64,000 bases of DNA from Candidatus Spongiisociaceae bacterium (GTDB lineage: Bacteria; Actinomycetota; Acidimicrobiia; Spongiisociales; Spongiisociaceae). Location: positions 3,264,001-3,328,000 of the forward strand of contig OZ253564.1 of assembly GCA_965262915.1 (NCBI GenBank), given 5' to 3'. The position numbers were made by a program, and so were the translations under genes. Every line of letters starts with the position of its first letter. The first letter of the stretch is position 1. Positions 43,794 to 52,991 of the stretch are shown piece after piece. A model generated the notes under the pieces. The model did not search any database and had not been told where the DNA came from. It saw only the letters and a list, made by a program, of their open reading frames with translations.

Positions 43794-44806
43794 GCGCTGA
43801 CATGCGGGTGCTGGTATATGACGGCCCACATCGCTTCCATATCGAGACCCGGCCGCGCCCCGCGCCCGGTCCGGGCGAGGTGCGGATACGCATGGCCTAT
43901 GTGGGTATATGCGGATCGGACCTTCACGGCTATACCGGAGAATCAGGACGCCGGTTGCCGGGGATGATCATGGGTCACGAAGCAAGCGGATGGGTCGAGG
44001 CGGTCGGTCCGGGCGTCGCCAACCCGGAAGTAGGCACTCCGGTCACCTTCAACCCGAGCCTGCCCTGTGACGGATCGTGCGGGCACGGACCCGAGAACCA
44101 TTGCGCCGCCCTGCAAGTGATCGGTGTGACACCTGACATCCAGGGTGCTTTTGCGGACGCGATGGTGGTACCGGCGGCCCGCGTCGTTCCGCTGGGGGAA
44201 CTCGGCCTCCTCTGGGGCGCGGGGGTGGAACCCATGGCGGTGGCCCTGCAGGCCACCCGGCGGGCCGGAGTCCGGAGCGGCCAGTCGGTACTGGTGATCG
44301 GAGGCGGGATGATCGGTCAATCGATCGCCCAGACGTGCCGCCTCGAGGGCGCGTCGAGGGTGGCGGTATCCGATCCGATCGCCGACCGGCGGGCTCTGGC
44401 GACGGCCGGAGGCTTCCAGGCGCTGGAACCCGATGACGTGGAGGGAGCCGGACCATTCGACGTTTCCTTCGACGCGGTCGGCATATCGGCCACCGCGTTC
44501 GCCTCCATCCGGAGTATCCCTAAAGCGGCGGTCGCCTGCTTCGTGGGGCTAGGACTACCCGAAGTGAGCATCCCGCTCTTCGACCTCGTGGTCAGCGAGC
44601 GGAACATCGTGGGAAGCTTCTGCTACCCGGATTCGGTCTTCCGGGAGGCGGCCGCCCATCTGGAAGCCGGACGGCTCGACCTCGAGCCGTTGATCGGGAG
44701 CGTCGAGAGCTTCGAGGACATCGCCGCGGCATTCGAGGATCTGGCTACCGGCGCCCGCACGGATGTCAAGATCATGATGTCCACCGGCGCCGCGGCACCC
44801 ACATAG
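43790..44806 (+). CDS. Zinc-dependent alcohol dehydrogenase (MDR)
   Basis: GICGSD, GHE, EP.AV, GGGMIG. ATGA overlap. Confidence 0.92.
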   Translation: MSADMRVLVYDGPHRFHIETRPRPAPGPGEVRIRMAYVGICGSDLHGYTGESGRRLPGMIMGHEASGWVEAVGPGVANPEVGTPVTFNPSLPCDGSCGHGPENHCAALQVIGVTPDIQGAFADAMVVPAARVVPLGELGLLWGAGVEPMAVALQATRRAGVRSGQSVLVIGGGMIGQSIAQTCRLEGASRVAVSDPIADRRALATAGGFQALEPDDVEGAGPFDVSFDAVGISATAFASIRSIPKAAVACFVGLGLPEVSIPLFDLVVSERNIVGSFCYPDSVFREAAAHLEAGRLDLEPLIGSVESFEDIAAAFEDLATGARTDVKIMMSTGAAAPT

Positions 44807-44897
44807 GTGTCAGGTGCCAGGTGCCAGGTGCCAGTGATGGAGCTAATAGTCCCACTGACACCCGACACCCGACACCCGACACCCGACACCCGACACC
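44805..44897. repeat. Inverted pair of heptamer arrays: (AGGTGYC)x4 ... (GACACCC)x~6
   Basis: Read directly; the arms are approximate reverse complements around a ~22-nt spacer. Confidence 0.85.
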
Positions 44898-44907
44898 AAG
44901 GAGCACC

Positions 44908-45726
44908 ATGCCGTTCGCATCGTTGCCCACCGGCATCGACATGTACTACGAGATCGAGGGCTCCGGCGATCCTTTGCTGCTGATCATGGGGACCGCCGCC
45001 GACCATTCCACCTGGGCCGGGCAGGTAGCCGCCTACTGCGATCACTACACGGTGATCACCTACGACGCCCGCGGTACCGGGCAGTCGACCCGGCCGGCCG
45101 ATCCCACCGGCTATTCGATGGCTGTCCTGGGAGACGACGCAGCCGCCCTCCTGGATCATCTGGGCGTCGACCGGGCCCATGTCTCCGGTCTCTCCCTCGG
45201 CAGCGCCACCGCCCAGGAGCTGACCATCAACCATCCCGGAAGAGTGGCCTCCGTCCAACTCCATTGCACGTGGGGTCGCTCGGACGAGTGGTTCATCAGG
45301 ATGATCGAGACCAACGAGCTACCGGTGCTCCACGACGACTACGCCACCTACATCAGGACCGCACTGCTCTGGGTGGCGAGCCCCCACTTCATCAACCAGC
45401 GGACCGACGACGCGGAGGCCTTCGAGCGCGCGTTCATCTTCGAGAACCCCCATCCTCCCAGCAAGGAGGGCATGCTCGGGCACTTCCACGCCGACAAGAC
45501 CCACGACACCCTCGACCGGCTGCACCGCATCTCGGTACCCACCCTGATCACGTCCGGAGAGGTCGACTGGCAGGTGCCGACCCGCTACGGGCTCGCAGTG
45601 CAGCGCCGCATACCGGGATCGACCATGCACGTCTTCACCGGTCCGGCCTCCAGCCACATCGCCTTCTACGAGATGGCCGACGAATGGAACACCTTCACCC
45701 TGGGGTGGTTGAAGCGACTGGGATAG
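44908..45726 (+). CDS. Alpha/beta hydrolase
   Basis: YDARGTG.S, GLSLG, G..D..P, H. ATG after AAGGAG. Confidence 0.9.
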   Translation: MPFASLPTGIDMYYEIEGSGDPLLLIMGTAADHSTWAGQVAAYCDHYTVITYDARGTGQSTRPADPTGYSMAVLGDDAAALLDHLGVDRAHVSGLSLGSATAQELTINHPGRVASVQLHCTWGRSDEWFIRMIETNELPVLHDDYATYIRTALLWVASPHFINQRTDDAEAFERAFIFENPHPPSKEGMLGHFHADKTHDTLDRLHRISVPTLITSGEVDWQVPTRYGLAVQRRIPGSTMHVFTGPASSHIAFYEMADEWNTFTLGWLKRLG

Positions 45727-45736
45727 GCCGCGGAAT

Positions 45737-46117
45737 TCAGATCAGGCGGACCGGGACTCCGAGCGCTCCGGCCAGACGAGCCACATCCCGGCGGTCTCCT
45801 GTGACGACCTCGTCGCCGCGCCGGTCGGCGCCCTCCACCACCGACACGTCGACCACGTCCGGGACGCCGGATCGGCGGGACTCGGCACCCACCCGGCGGG
45901 CCAACGCCTCATCGAGCGCCTCGATACGGCAACCCTTCAAGAACCGTGATAGCAACGGCTGCGGGCCACCACGCCACGCCTGAGCCAGGACACCGGCGGG
46001 CACCGTGGGCGTCATACCCCGTGCCAGCGCCTCCTTGTGGATCGTCCAGACATCGTCTCGGTTCCTCTCGGCGCCGATCAGGGCCCCGGTGTCATACGTA
46101 ACACCAGATACGGTCAG
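45737..46117 (-). CDS. PIN-domain (VapC-like) toxin
   Basis: TYDTGALI..ER, P..VLAQAWRG, DVVD.SVV, VTGD..D. Apparent start is CTG overlapping the upstream TGA. Confidence 0.75.
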   Translation of the reverse strand: MTVSGVTYDTGALIGAERNRDDVWTIHKEALARGMTPTVPAGVLAQAWRGGPQPLLSRFLKGCRIEALDEALARRVGAESRRSGVPDVVDVSVVEGADRRGDEVVTGDRRDVARLAGALGVPVRLI

Positions 46118-46479
46118 GTGTCCACCCCGATCCCGAGCCTGTCCAAGACCGCAGCCGCCCAGGCCTCTTGCTCGGGAGTGAAGGCGCCGTACTCGACCTC
46201 GTACTCGGCGACCGCCGCCAGGCCCTCTTCCAGACGTTTGGCCCGCTCCTCGGGGGTTTCCTCGACCGGCGTCCAATCATCATCATCGAGATCACCCGAC
46301 ACTCGGCGATCCGCCTTGGACAACTGGATCACATACAGCCGGAAATCCCCGTCGTCCCCGTCCGGCGGAGGAATCTCCATCGGCGGGCACCCGAGGGCGT
46401 AGGCCAGCTTGAACAGGTCCCGGTCCCCTTCCCTCTGAGGGCGTTCCTTCAAGGTGATGTCAAATCCTTCAACAACCAT
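46114..46479 (-). CDS. Putative antitoxin
   Basis: C-terminal L.A..EYE.EYG.FT.E...WA motif typical of partners of this PIN family; TATAGT 7 nt before ATG suggests a leaderless transcript. Confidence 0.5.
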   Translation of the reverse strand: MVVEGFDITLKERPQREGDRDLFKLAYALGCPPMEIPPPDGDDGDFRLYVIQLSKADRRVSGDLDDDDWTPVEETPEERAKRLEEGLAAVAEYEVEYGAFTPEQEAWAAAVLDRLGIGVDT

Positions 46480-46577
46480 GTTAAACACTATACAACGATC
46501 AGACCTGGATGTGAAGAGGCATGACTTCGCGACCTGACAGGGACCTCAACCGATCGCTCTTGGCGACCGACCACCGG

Positions 46578-47360
46578 TCAGTGGGCCGTCCAGCCTCCGT
46601 CCACTGCCAGAACGGCGCCCGTTACGTAGCTCGAAGCGTCCGAGGCCAGGTAGAGGGCCGCTCCTTGGATCTCGTGGAGCTCACCCCAGCGCTTCATCGC
46701 CACCTCCTGGTCGAGCACGCGGACCGCATGCTCGCTGTGCTGGAACGGGATGTTCATGTCGGTCAGGAACGGCCCCGGGGCGATGGTGTTCACGGTGACG
46801 GCGTAACCCGCCCACTCCATGGCGAGAGCCCGGGTGAGTTGGACCATGGCCCCCTTCGTGGTCGCATAGGCGGTCCGCTCGGCCACGCCTACCACCCCGA
46901 AGGCCGACGAGATATTGATTACCCGACCGTGACCCGATGCCTTGAGATACGGCCCGGCAGCCTTGCACAGCGCCCAAGCGCCGGTGACGTTGACCGCCCT
47001 GGAACCCTCGAAGGCCGCCCGATCGATGGCCTCGATGAAACCCCGGATGTTGATCCCGGGGCTGTTGACCAGGATGTCGAGACCGCCCAACTCCGCAACG
47101 GTCCGCTCGATGGCCGCGATCGCATCGGCGCCGTCAGCCACGTCACCGGGTATTGCGACGGCCCGGCCACCTGTGGTCCGAGCGATTCTCTCCGCGGACT
47201 CGGCGAGCGTCGTCCATCGCGGCTCATCACAGCCATGGATGCCCCGGCCCAGGAAAGCCCCTCTGCTATCGCCGCGCCCAACCCCCGGGGTTCCCCCGGT
47301 CACGAGGGCTACCCGGCCGTCGACGCGGAGGAGACCGAGCGGGTTATCCGCCGTGGGCAT
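46578..47360 (-). CDS. SDR family oxidoreductase with compensated double frameshift
   Basis: ALVTGG, YATTK, VDGGW; the canonical GLGAAIAEGL..AGA...MSR segment lies in a shifted frame. Confidence 0.8.
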   Translation of the reverse strand: MPTADNPLGLLRVDGRVALVTGGTPGVGRGDSRGAFLGRGIHGCDEPRWTTLAESAERIARTTGGRAVAIPGDVADGADAIAAIERTVAELGGLDILVNSPGINIRGFIEAIDRAAFEGSRAVNVTGAWALCKAAGPYLKASGHGRVINISSAFGVVGVAERTAYATTKGAMVQLTRALAMEWAGYAVTVNTIAPGPFLTDMNIPFQHSEHAVRVLDQEVAMKRWGELHEIQGAALYLASDASSYVTGAVLAVDGGWTAH

Positions 47361-47883
47361 CCGCGTAGGAAGCCCCGCCCGTTCCTTCCACCCAGTAGCG
47401 CCGGGCCCATCCGACTCCCTGCCAGCTGGTTATCTCGGTGGGGACCACCTTGATGAGCCAGCGCGGCTGGTTGATGGTCCCCGTCAGGTATTCGGGACCG
47501 TTCGGTCCGAGATACCGGTACGACATCTCCTTGGCCACTTCGACCCACATGCGGCCGACATTGGGCTCCTCGACGACCTCGGCGTTGCCCTGCATGATGA
47601 CCTTCGGGATCTCCATGCTCCTGCCCGACTCGTCGGGCTCGCTGTGCGGGGCGTCCACCACCAGCGAGACACGCGGATCGTTCTTCATGTATTCGCACCA
47701 GACTGCTCGCTGCCTGCCCACCAGCCACATGGCCGCTCCGTCCCACTGGTACCAGAGGGGTATTACATAGGGAGCGCCGTCGGGTGTGAGACATGCCACC
47801 CGGGCCAGATAGTCCCCGTCCAGGAACTGCTCGAACTCGTTGTCGTCCAGTCCCCCCAGCCTCCCCCGGAAATCCTCGGCCAT
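47344..47883 (-). CDS. Pyridoxamine 5'-phosphate oxidase-like (FMN/F420-binding split barrel) protein
   Basis: FL....LAR.A....DG.P.V.P.WY.WDG, DPRVSL.VD, V...G.A, RYLG. Confidence 0.85.
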   Translation of the reverse strand: MAEDFRGRLGGLDDNEFEQFLDGDYLARVACLTPDGAPYVIPLWYQWDGAAMWLVGRQRAVWCEYMKNDPRVSLVVDAPHSEPDESGRSMEIPKVIMQGNAEVVEEPNVGRMWVEVAKEMSYRYLGPNGPEYLTGTINQPRWLIKVVPTEITSWQGVGWARRYWVEGTGGASYADAHGG

Positions 47884-47953
47884 CCGTTCACCTTTCTGCT
47901 CGACATCTCGCTGCGGCACCGCCATCAGGGCGGGTGCTCAGCCCATACTATCC

Positions 47954-48056
47954 CTAGCAGGGTGCTGGAAAATGGGCAATGGTTGGCCCGTCGTCCGCTG
48001 ACGTGGCGTCGTGTTGCCGACCGTCGGGCAAACGGGGGTTTTGCCCACCCTCCTAG
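47954..48056 (+). mobile_element. MITE-like family A, diverged copy (103 bp)
   Basis: CTAGCAGGGTG...CACCCTCCTAG ends; inner stem GTTGGCCCG/CGGGCAAAC. Confidence 0.7.
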
Positions 48057-48139
48057 AACCGGCAGGGCCGATGGTCTCCGGGTCCGCCACCCGACTATCC
48101 CGGCCGAACTACGTCAAGGCTGGTCGCAAACGGCGTAGA

Positions 48140-49210
48140 ATGGTGCGCCATGCCGACCGACCAAGCCTCGCGCCTTCCGCTGTGACCGACAGTCGAGCCG
48201 CCCTCTCTGTCCGCGACCTCGTCAAGACCTTCACCATCGGCGGCGGGGTGTTCGGTGGCCACAAGGGCGAGGTGTCGGCGGTGGCGGGTATCTCGTTCGA
48301 CATACGGTCGGGCACGACGTTGGGTCTGGTGGGCGAGTCGGGTTGCGGTAAATCCACCACCGCCCGCAGCATCCTCCGCCTCATCGAACCCACCTCCGGG
48401 GAGGTGATCCTGCGCCGCCCGATGGATGGCGGCGGCACCGAGCAGATCGATGTCATGGCGGCCGACCGCAAACAACTGCGGGAACTGCGCCGCCACATGC
48501 AGATCGTCTTCCAGGACCCCTTCGCCTCGCTTAACCCGCGCATGTCGGTGGGAGCGGCCATCGGTGAGTTGCTGCATGTGCATACCGGCATGTCCCGGTC
48601 GGACCGCACCCGGACGGTGGGAGAACTCCTGACACTCGTCGGTATGAACCCCAACATCGCCGACCGGTACCCGCACGAGTTCTCGGGCGGGCAGCGCCAG
48701 CGGATCGGAGTGGCGCGGGCCCTGGCCCTCAACCCGGGCTTCCTGATCCTCGACGAGCCGGTCTCGGCGCTCGATGTCTCCATCCAGGCCCAGGTGCTGA
48801 ACCTGCTGGAGGAACTTCAGGACCGGCTCGGCCTCACGTACCTGTTCATCGCCCACGATCTGGCGGTCGTGCGGCACATATGCGACGACACCGCGGTCAT
48901 GTACCTGGGCAAGATCGTCGAGCAGACCGCCACCGACGAACTGTTCGCCCGACCTATGCACCCCTACACCCACGCCCTTCTGTCGGCCGTACCCACCCCC
49001 AACCCGCGAATCCAGCGACAGCGGTCCCGCATCCTCCTGGAAGGGGACGTACCGAGCCCCCTCAATCCTCCGTCCGGGTGCCGCTTCCATACCCGCTGCC
49101 CGGTGGGGAAGGACAAGGAGATCTGCCGGATCGAGGAGCCGCCCCTCGAGGAGCAGGCTCCCGGGCACTCGGTGGCGTGCCACTTTCCCGAAGTCAAGTC
49201 GATCATCTGA
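48140..49210 (+). CDS. Oligopeptide/dipeptide ABC ATP-binding protein (OppF-like)
   Basis: [50 protein letters not shown]. Confidence 0.95.
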   Translation: MVRHADRPSLAPSAVTDSRAALSVRDLVKTFTIGGGVFGGHKGEVSAVAGISFDIRSGTTLGLVGESGCGKSTTARSILRLIEPTSGEVILRRPMDGGGTEQIDVMAADRKQLRELRRHMQIVFQDPFASLNPRMSVGAAIGELLHVHTGMSRSDRTRTVGELLTLVGMNPNIADRYPHEFSGGQRQRIGVARALALNPGFLILDEPVSALDVSIQAQVLNLLEELQDRLGLTYLFIAHDLAVVRHICDDTAVMYLGKIVEQTATDELFARPMHPYTHALLSAVPTPNPRIQRQRSRILLEGDVPSPLNPPSGCRFHTRCPVGKDKEICRIEEPPLEEQAPGHSVACHFPEVKSII

Positions 49211-49222
49211 GGAGCCTCCGGA

Positions 49223-50011
49223 GTGGCCTTCGTCGACATCCGCGACGGTAATCCCCTCATAACGACCCTCGCCGAGGGTGGCACCGCGGTCGGGATGTTC
49301 CTGCGGCTGCCGGGCATGGAGCTGGCCGAACTGTGCGGGCACGCCGGTTGTGACTTTGTGCTCATCGACATGGAGCACAGCAGCATCACATGGGAACAGG
49401 CAGGGGCGATGATCCTGGCAGCCGAGTCCGCGGGTACCGTACCGGTCCTGAGGCTGTCCAACCCGGCGAGGGACCTGATAACGAGGGCCCTCGACGTGGG
49501 CGCTCACGGGATCATGATCGCCCAGGTGGACAGCCCGGAGACGGCCCGGGCGGTGGTGGCCGCGACCCGCTACGGATCAGGCGGTACGCGGGGGACGGCC
49601 GGGTCCCGGAGGAGCGGTTTCGGGCTGAAGATACCCCTCGGCGAGTTCACGGAGGCGGCCAACCGGGCCACCTTCGTATCGGTCCAGATCGAGTCGGCCC
49701 GGGGGGTGCGGAACGCATCCGCCATCGCTGCCGTACCCGGGATCGACTGCATCGTCGCCGGGCTCTCCGACCTCACGGTCGATCTCGGCCTCTCCGGGCA
49801 GTGGACCCACCCGTCGGTGGTGGATCGAGCGATGGAGATCAAGGGTGCCTGTGACGCCCACGGGATCGCCTTCGGGGTACCCGCGCCCGATATCGGGTTC
49901 GCCCGCCGATACCTGGAACGGGGGGCCCGTCTCGTCGCCGCGGGCGACGTGGGCCTGTTCGGCCGGGCGATGCGGAGCTTCGTGGAAGGGGTGAGGGCAT
50001 CCGGCGGCTGA
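49223..50011 (+). CDS. HpcH/HpaI aldolase family protein
   Basis: DFV.IDMEH, RALD.GA.GI, QIES..G..N...IAAVPG.D....G..DL. Confidence 0.9.
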   Translation: MAFVDIRDGNPLITTLAEGGTAVGMFLRLPGMELAELCGHAGCDFVLIDMEHSSITWEQAGAMILAAESAGTVPVLRLSNPARDLITRALDVGAHGIMIAQVDSPETARAVVAATRYGSGGTRGTAGSRRSGFGLKIPLGEFTEAANRATFVSVQIESARGVRNASAIAAVPGIDCIVAGLSDLTVDLGLSGQWTHPSVVDRAMEIKGACDAHGIAFGVPAPDIGFARRYLERGARLVAAGDVGLFGRAMRSFVEGVRASGG

Positions 50012-50928
50012 CCCGCGACAAGACGCGCTTCTCCTTCGACGCCTCGGTCGAACCGGCCATCACCGTAGCGCCCGGCGAGTCGATCATCGTCGAGACACAG
50101 GACGCCCACAGCGGCACGATCACCGGCCCCGAAGTCGTCTACGAGACGCTCGACGACGTGATGGACCGCATCGGAGGCGCCAACCCGGTGACCGGCCCGA
50201 TCTCCGTCGACGGGTTGAGGGCTGGGGAGTGCGTCGAGGTCCGTATCGAAGAAGTGGAAGGCGCTCCCGTCACCGGCTTCGGGTACATGAACACCACCCC
50301 CACCCTTCACTCCGGGTTCGCAGCCGAGACCGTCATATGCCACCGGCGGGACGACCTGGTGGCGATACCGACCCGGCAAGGCCCGGTCATGATCCCCTAC
50401 CGGCCCTTCGTGGGGACGATCGGCGTGGCGCCGGCCGGCGGGCCCGTCCTGTCGTTCGGGCAAAGCACCGAGATCCTGGGAAACGTCGACCTGCCCGAGG
50501 TGTCCCGCGGAGCCTCGGTGATCATGAGGGCCGCGGTGGATGGGGCGTTCGTCTCGCTCGGAGATGCGCACCTGGCCCAGGGTGATGCCGAGATCCACCG
50601 CTCGGCCATCGAGTGCCAGGCCGATGTTCGGCTTCACCTCCGGTGCCGGGATCCGGACGAAGTCGGATTCTCCGGGCTCCCGCAGGTCAACACGCGCACC
50701 GAATGGGGCAGCGTGGCACCCGGACCCGGGCACCTGGAGGATCTGGTGAGAGGCGCCTACGACGATCTGGCCCGGCGCCTGCGCCACTCCGGCCGGTTCA
50801 CCCTCCCCGAGGCCTACCGTCTGGTGGGCGCGGTGGGTACCGTAAGGGTCGGCCAGGTGGTACCTCCCGTGTACTCCGCCCTGGCCAAGATCGAGCGACG
50901 CTACGTGGAGGAGGTCCTGACATGGTGA
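49999..50928 (+). CDS. Acetamidase/formamidase family protein
   Basis: F......P...V.PGE....ET.DA, NP.TGPI.V.G...G, P..GTIGVAP, GN.D, LGD.H..QGD.E. Homology extends ~53 codons upstream of the first canonical start (50158). Confidence 0.85.
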   Translation: MRRLTRDKTRFSFDASVEPAITVAPGESIIVETQDAHSGTITGPEVVYETLDDVMDRIGGANPVTGPISVDGLRAGECVEVRIEEVEGAPVTGFGYMNTTPTLHSGFAAETVICHRRDDLVAIPTRQGPVMIPYRPFVGTIGVAPAGGPVLSFGQSTEILGNVDLPEVSRGASVIMRAAVDGAFVSLGDAHLAQGDAEIHRSAIECQADVRLHLRCRDPDEVGFSGLPQVNTRTEWGSVAPGPGHLEDLVRGAYDDLARRLRHSGRFTLPEAYRLVGAVGTVRVGQVVPPVYSALAKIERRYVEEVLTW

Positions 50929-52088
50929 GGCCGTCGCGAGCCGTCGAGTCGTTGCCGCGCTCGGGCATCCGGGAGATCATGGAACTGGCCTGGACGGTGG
51001 GTGACGCCATCCACCTCGAAGTGGGCGAACCGAACTTCCCCACACCTGACCACATCGTGGAAGCAGCTCACCAGGCCGCCGTCGACGGCTTCACCCGCTA
51101 CACACCCAACGCCGGGATCCCCGAGCTGCGAGAGGTCCTTTCGACGAAGGTCCGCGAACGGAACGGTATCGACGCCCAGCCCGACCGGATCGTGGTGACG
51201 CCGGGATCGGTGGTGGGCCTCTACAGCGTCATCGCCGCTATAGCCGACCCCGGATCGGAAATCCTCGTGAGCGACCCGAGCTGGCCCAACTACCACCTGA
51301 TGATGAACCTGCTGGGGATACGGCCTGCTCTGTTCCCTCTCGCCGCGGAAGACGACTTCGTACCGAACGCCGCCAGCATCGAACCGCACATCACGGATCG
51401 CACCACCGCGCTGCTCCTCAACTCGCCGGGGAATCCTACCGGCGCCACCACTTCCGCCGAGGCTCTCGCGGATCTCGTCGAACTCGCCCGCGCCCACGAC
51501 CTGTGGCTTCTGTCCGACGAGGTTTACGACGAGATCTGGTTCGACTCGCCCGCGGTGTCCGCCGGGCCGCTCGATCCCGACGGTCGGGTGATCACCTTCT
51601 TCAGCTTCTCCAAGACCTACGCGATGACCGGATGGCGGGTCGGTTACCTGGTGGCGCCCCCCGGCCTGACCGAAAGTGTGATCAAGGCGCAGGAACCGAT
51701 CACGTCCTGCGTGAACGCCCCGGCGCAAAAAGCCGCCGTGGCCGCCATTACGGGACCGCAGGAGATCGTTTCCGAGATGCGCAAGTCCTACCACGAACGG
51801 CGGGACCTCACCCTCGATCTGCTCGACGACGAGGGCATCCCCTACGTGCGGCCCACCGGCGCCTTCTACCTGATGGTGGACATCAGTGGCAGCGGACTGA
51901 GCGATCTCGAATTCGCCCGCCGGCTGGTACTCGAACGCGGCGTGGCGGTGGTACCCGGAACCGCGTTCGGTCCCGACAGCGGCGCCTACGTACGCGTGTC
52001 CCTCGCCACCGCCACCGAACCCCTCCTCGAAGGGGTGGGCCGGTTGGCCGAAGCCGTGAAGACCTGGCGCGCCGGCGTCAGAAGTTGA
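50922..52088 (+). CDS. PLP-dependent aminotransferase class I/II
   Basis: GEP.F.TP, YT...G..ELR, NSP.NPTG, SDEVY, SFSKTYAMTGWRVG. Confidence 0.95.
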   Translation: MVRPSRAVESLPRSGIREIMELAWTVGDAIHLEVGEPNFPTPDHIVEAAHQAAVDGFTRYTPNAGIPELREVLSTKVRERNGIDAQPDRIVVTPGSVVGLYSVIAAIADPGSEILVSDPSWPNYHLMMNLLGIRPALFPLAAEDDFVPNAASIEPHITDRTTALLLNSPGNPTGATTSAEALADLVELARAHDLWLLSDEVYDEIWFDSPAVSAGPLDPDGRVITFFSFSKTYAMTGWRVGYLVAPPGLTESVIKAQEPITSCVNAPAQKAAVAAITGPQEIVSEMRKSYHERRDLTLDLLDDEGIPYVRPTGAFYLMVDISGSGLSDLEFARRLVLERGVAVVPGTAFGPDSGAYVRVSLATATEPLLEGVGRLAEAVKTWRAGVRS

Positions 52089-52950
52089 ACAGGGAGAGGG
52101 CGGTGCCTCCCCGGATGGCGGCCCGCTCGTCGGGGCTCAGGTCGGGAAGGTAGTGGTCCACCAGCGCCAGGACCTTGCCGTGCCCGGGGTTGATCTTGAT
52201 CCACGGCCAGTCGGACGCGTTGAGCATGCGGTCGGCGCCGAACGCTCGGTAGATCCGGTCCACGACCCCCTGCATGTCGGGGTGCGGGTAGTCGGTCTGG
52301 GTGAAGGCGTACTGACCTGATACGTGAACGTAGAGATCGTCGGGGTGTCGGGCCGCCACCTGCTCGATCAACTGCAGCGAGTCGGGTGGGAGCGGGATGT
52401 CGAACCGGGGACGCCGGTACTCGTCCATCGCCAACTCCATCCAGATGTCGGGGCAGAACCCGAGGTGGTTGAGCACCACCTTCAAACCGGGGAGGAGCTT
52501 CATGGCCTCGTCGAGTAGGCGTACCTGGTCGGGCGAGCCGTAGAACCATACCTTCATGTCGAGGTCGCGCATCGCTTCGAGAACGGGGAACACGTCCATC
52601 GACTCAGCCGCTTGACGTTGATCCGCTCCGAAACCGTACATACGCAGACCTTGGATACCCGCGCGCTCGGCCCGGCGGGCAACTTGCCCGGCGCCGTCCG
52701 CCGCCTCCGCGTCGTAGACGCCCACGCCGGCGAACTTTCCCGGATAGTCAACCAGGATCTCCGCCAGATAGTGATCGTGGGGCGATAGCGGAACGATGAG
52801 GGCATGATCCACACCGGCTGCGTCCATTACTCCCAGGAACTCCTCGGCCAGTTCCTCCCTCCCCGCCGGCGCCATCCCGTCGAACACGAGGCGGGGGTAG
52901 GTATCGCTGTGGGCCTTGAACAGATGCAAGTGAGCGTCGACTACGGCCAT
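52078..52950 (-). CDS. Amidohydrolase_2 family protein
   Basis: VDAHLH, M..AGVD.A..V, G.R, V.NHLG, FG.DR...ASDWP, GGTA..LF. Confidence 0.9.
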   Translation of the reverse strand: MAVVDAHLHLFKAHSDTYPRLVFDGMAPAGREELAEEFLGVMDAAGVDHALIVPLSPHDHYLAEILVDYPGKFAGVGVYDAEAADGAGQVARRAERAGIQGLRMYGFGADQRQAAESMDVFPVLEAMRDLDMKVWFYGSPDQVRLLDEAMKLLPGLKVVLNHLGFCPDIWMELAMDEYRRPRFDIPLPPDSLQLIEQVAARHPDDLYVHVSGQYAFTQTDYPHPDMQGVVDRIYRAFGADRMLNASDWPWIKINPGHGKVLALVDHYLPDLSPDERAAIRGGTALSLFNF

Positions 52951-52991
52951 GTCAGGTCTCCATTCATGTTGTCCGGGTGCCGGCCAGAGCG

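Noticed and set aside
40917-44806. Apparent long fusions (537-aa FAH, 717-aa ADH; also 413-aa TlpA and 491-aa aminotransferase)
   Set aside because: The N-terminal extensions overlap neighbouring genes in other frames; real starts are internal, with SD or stop/start overlaps.
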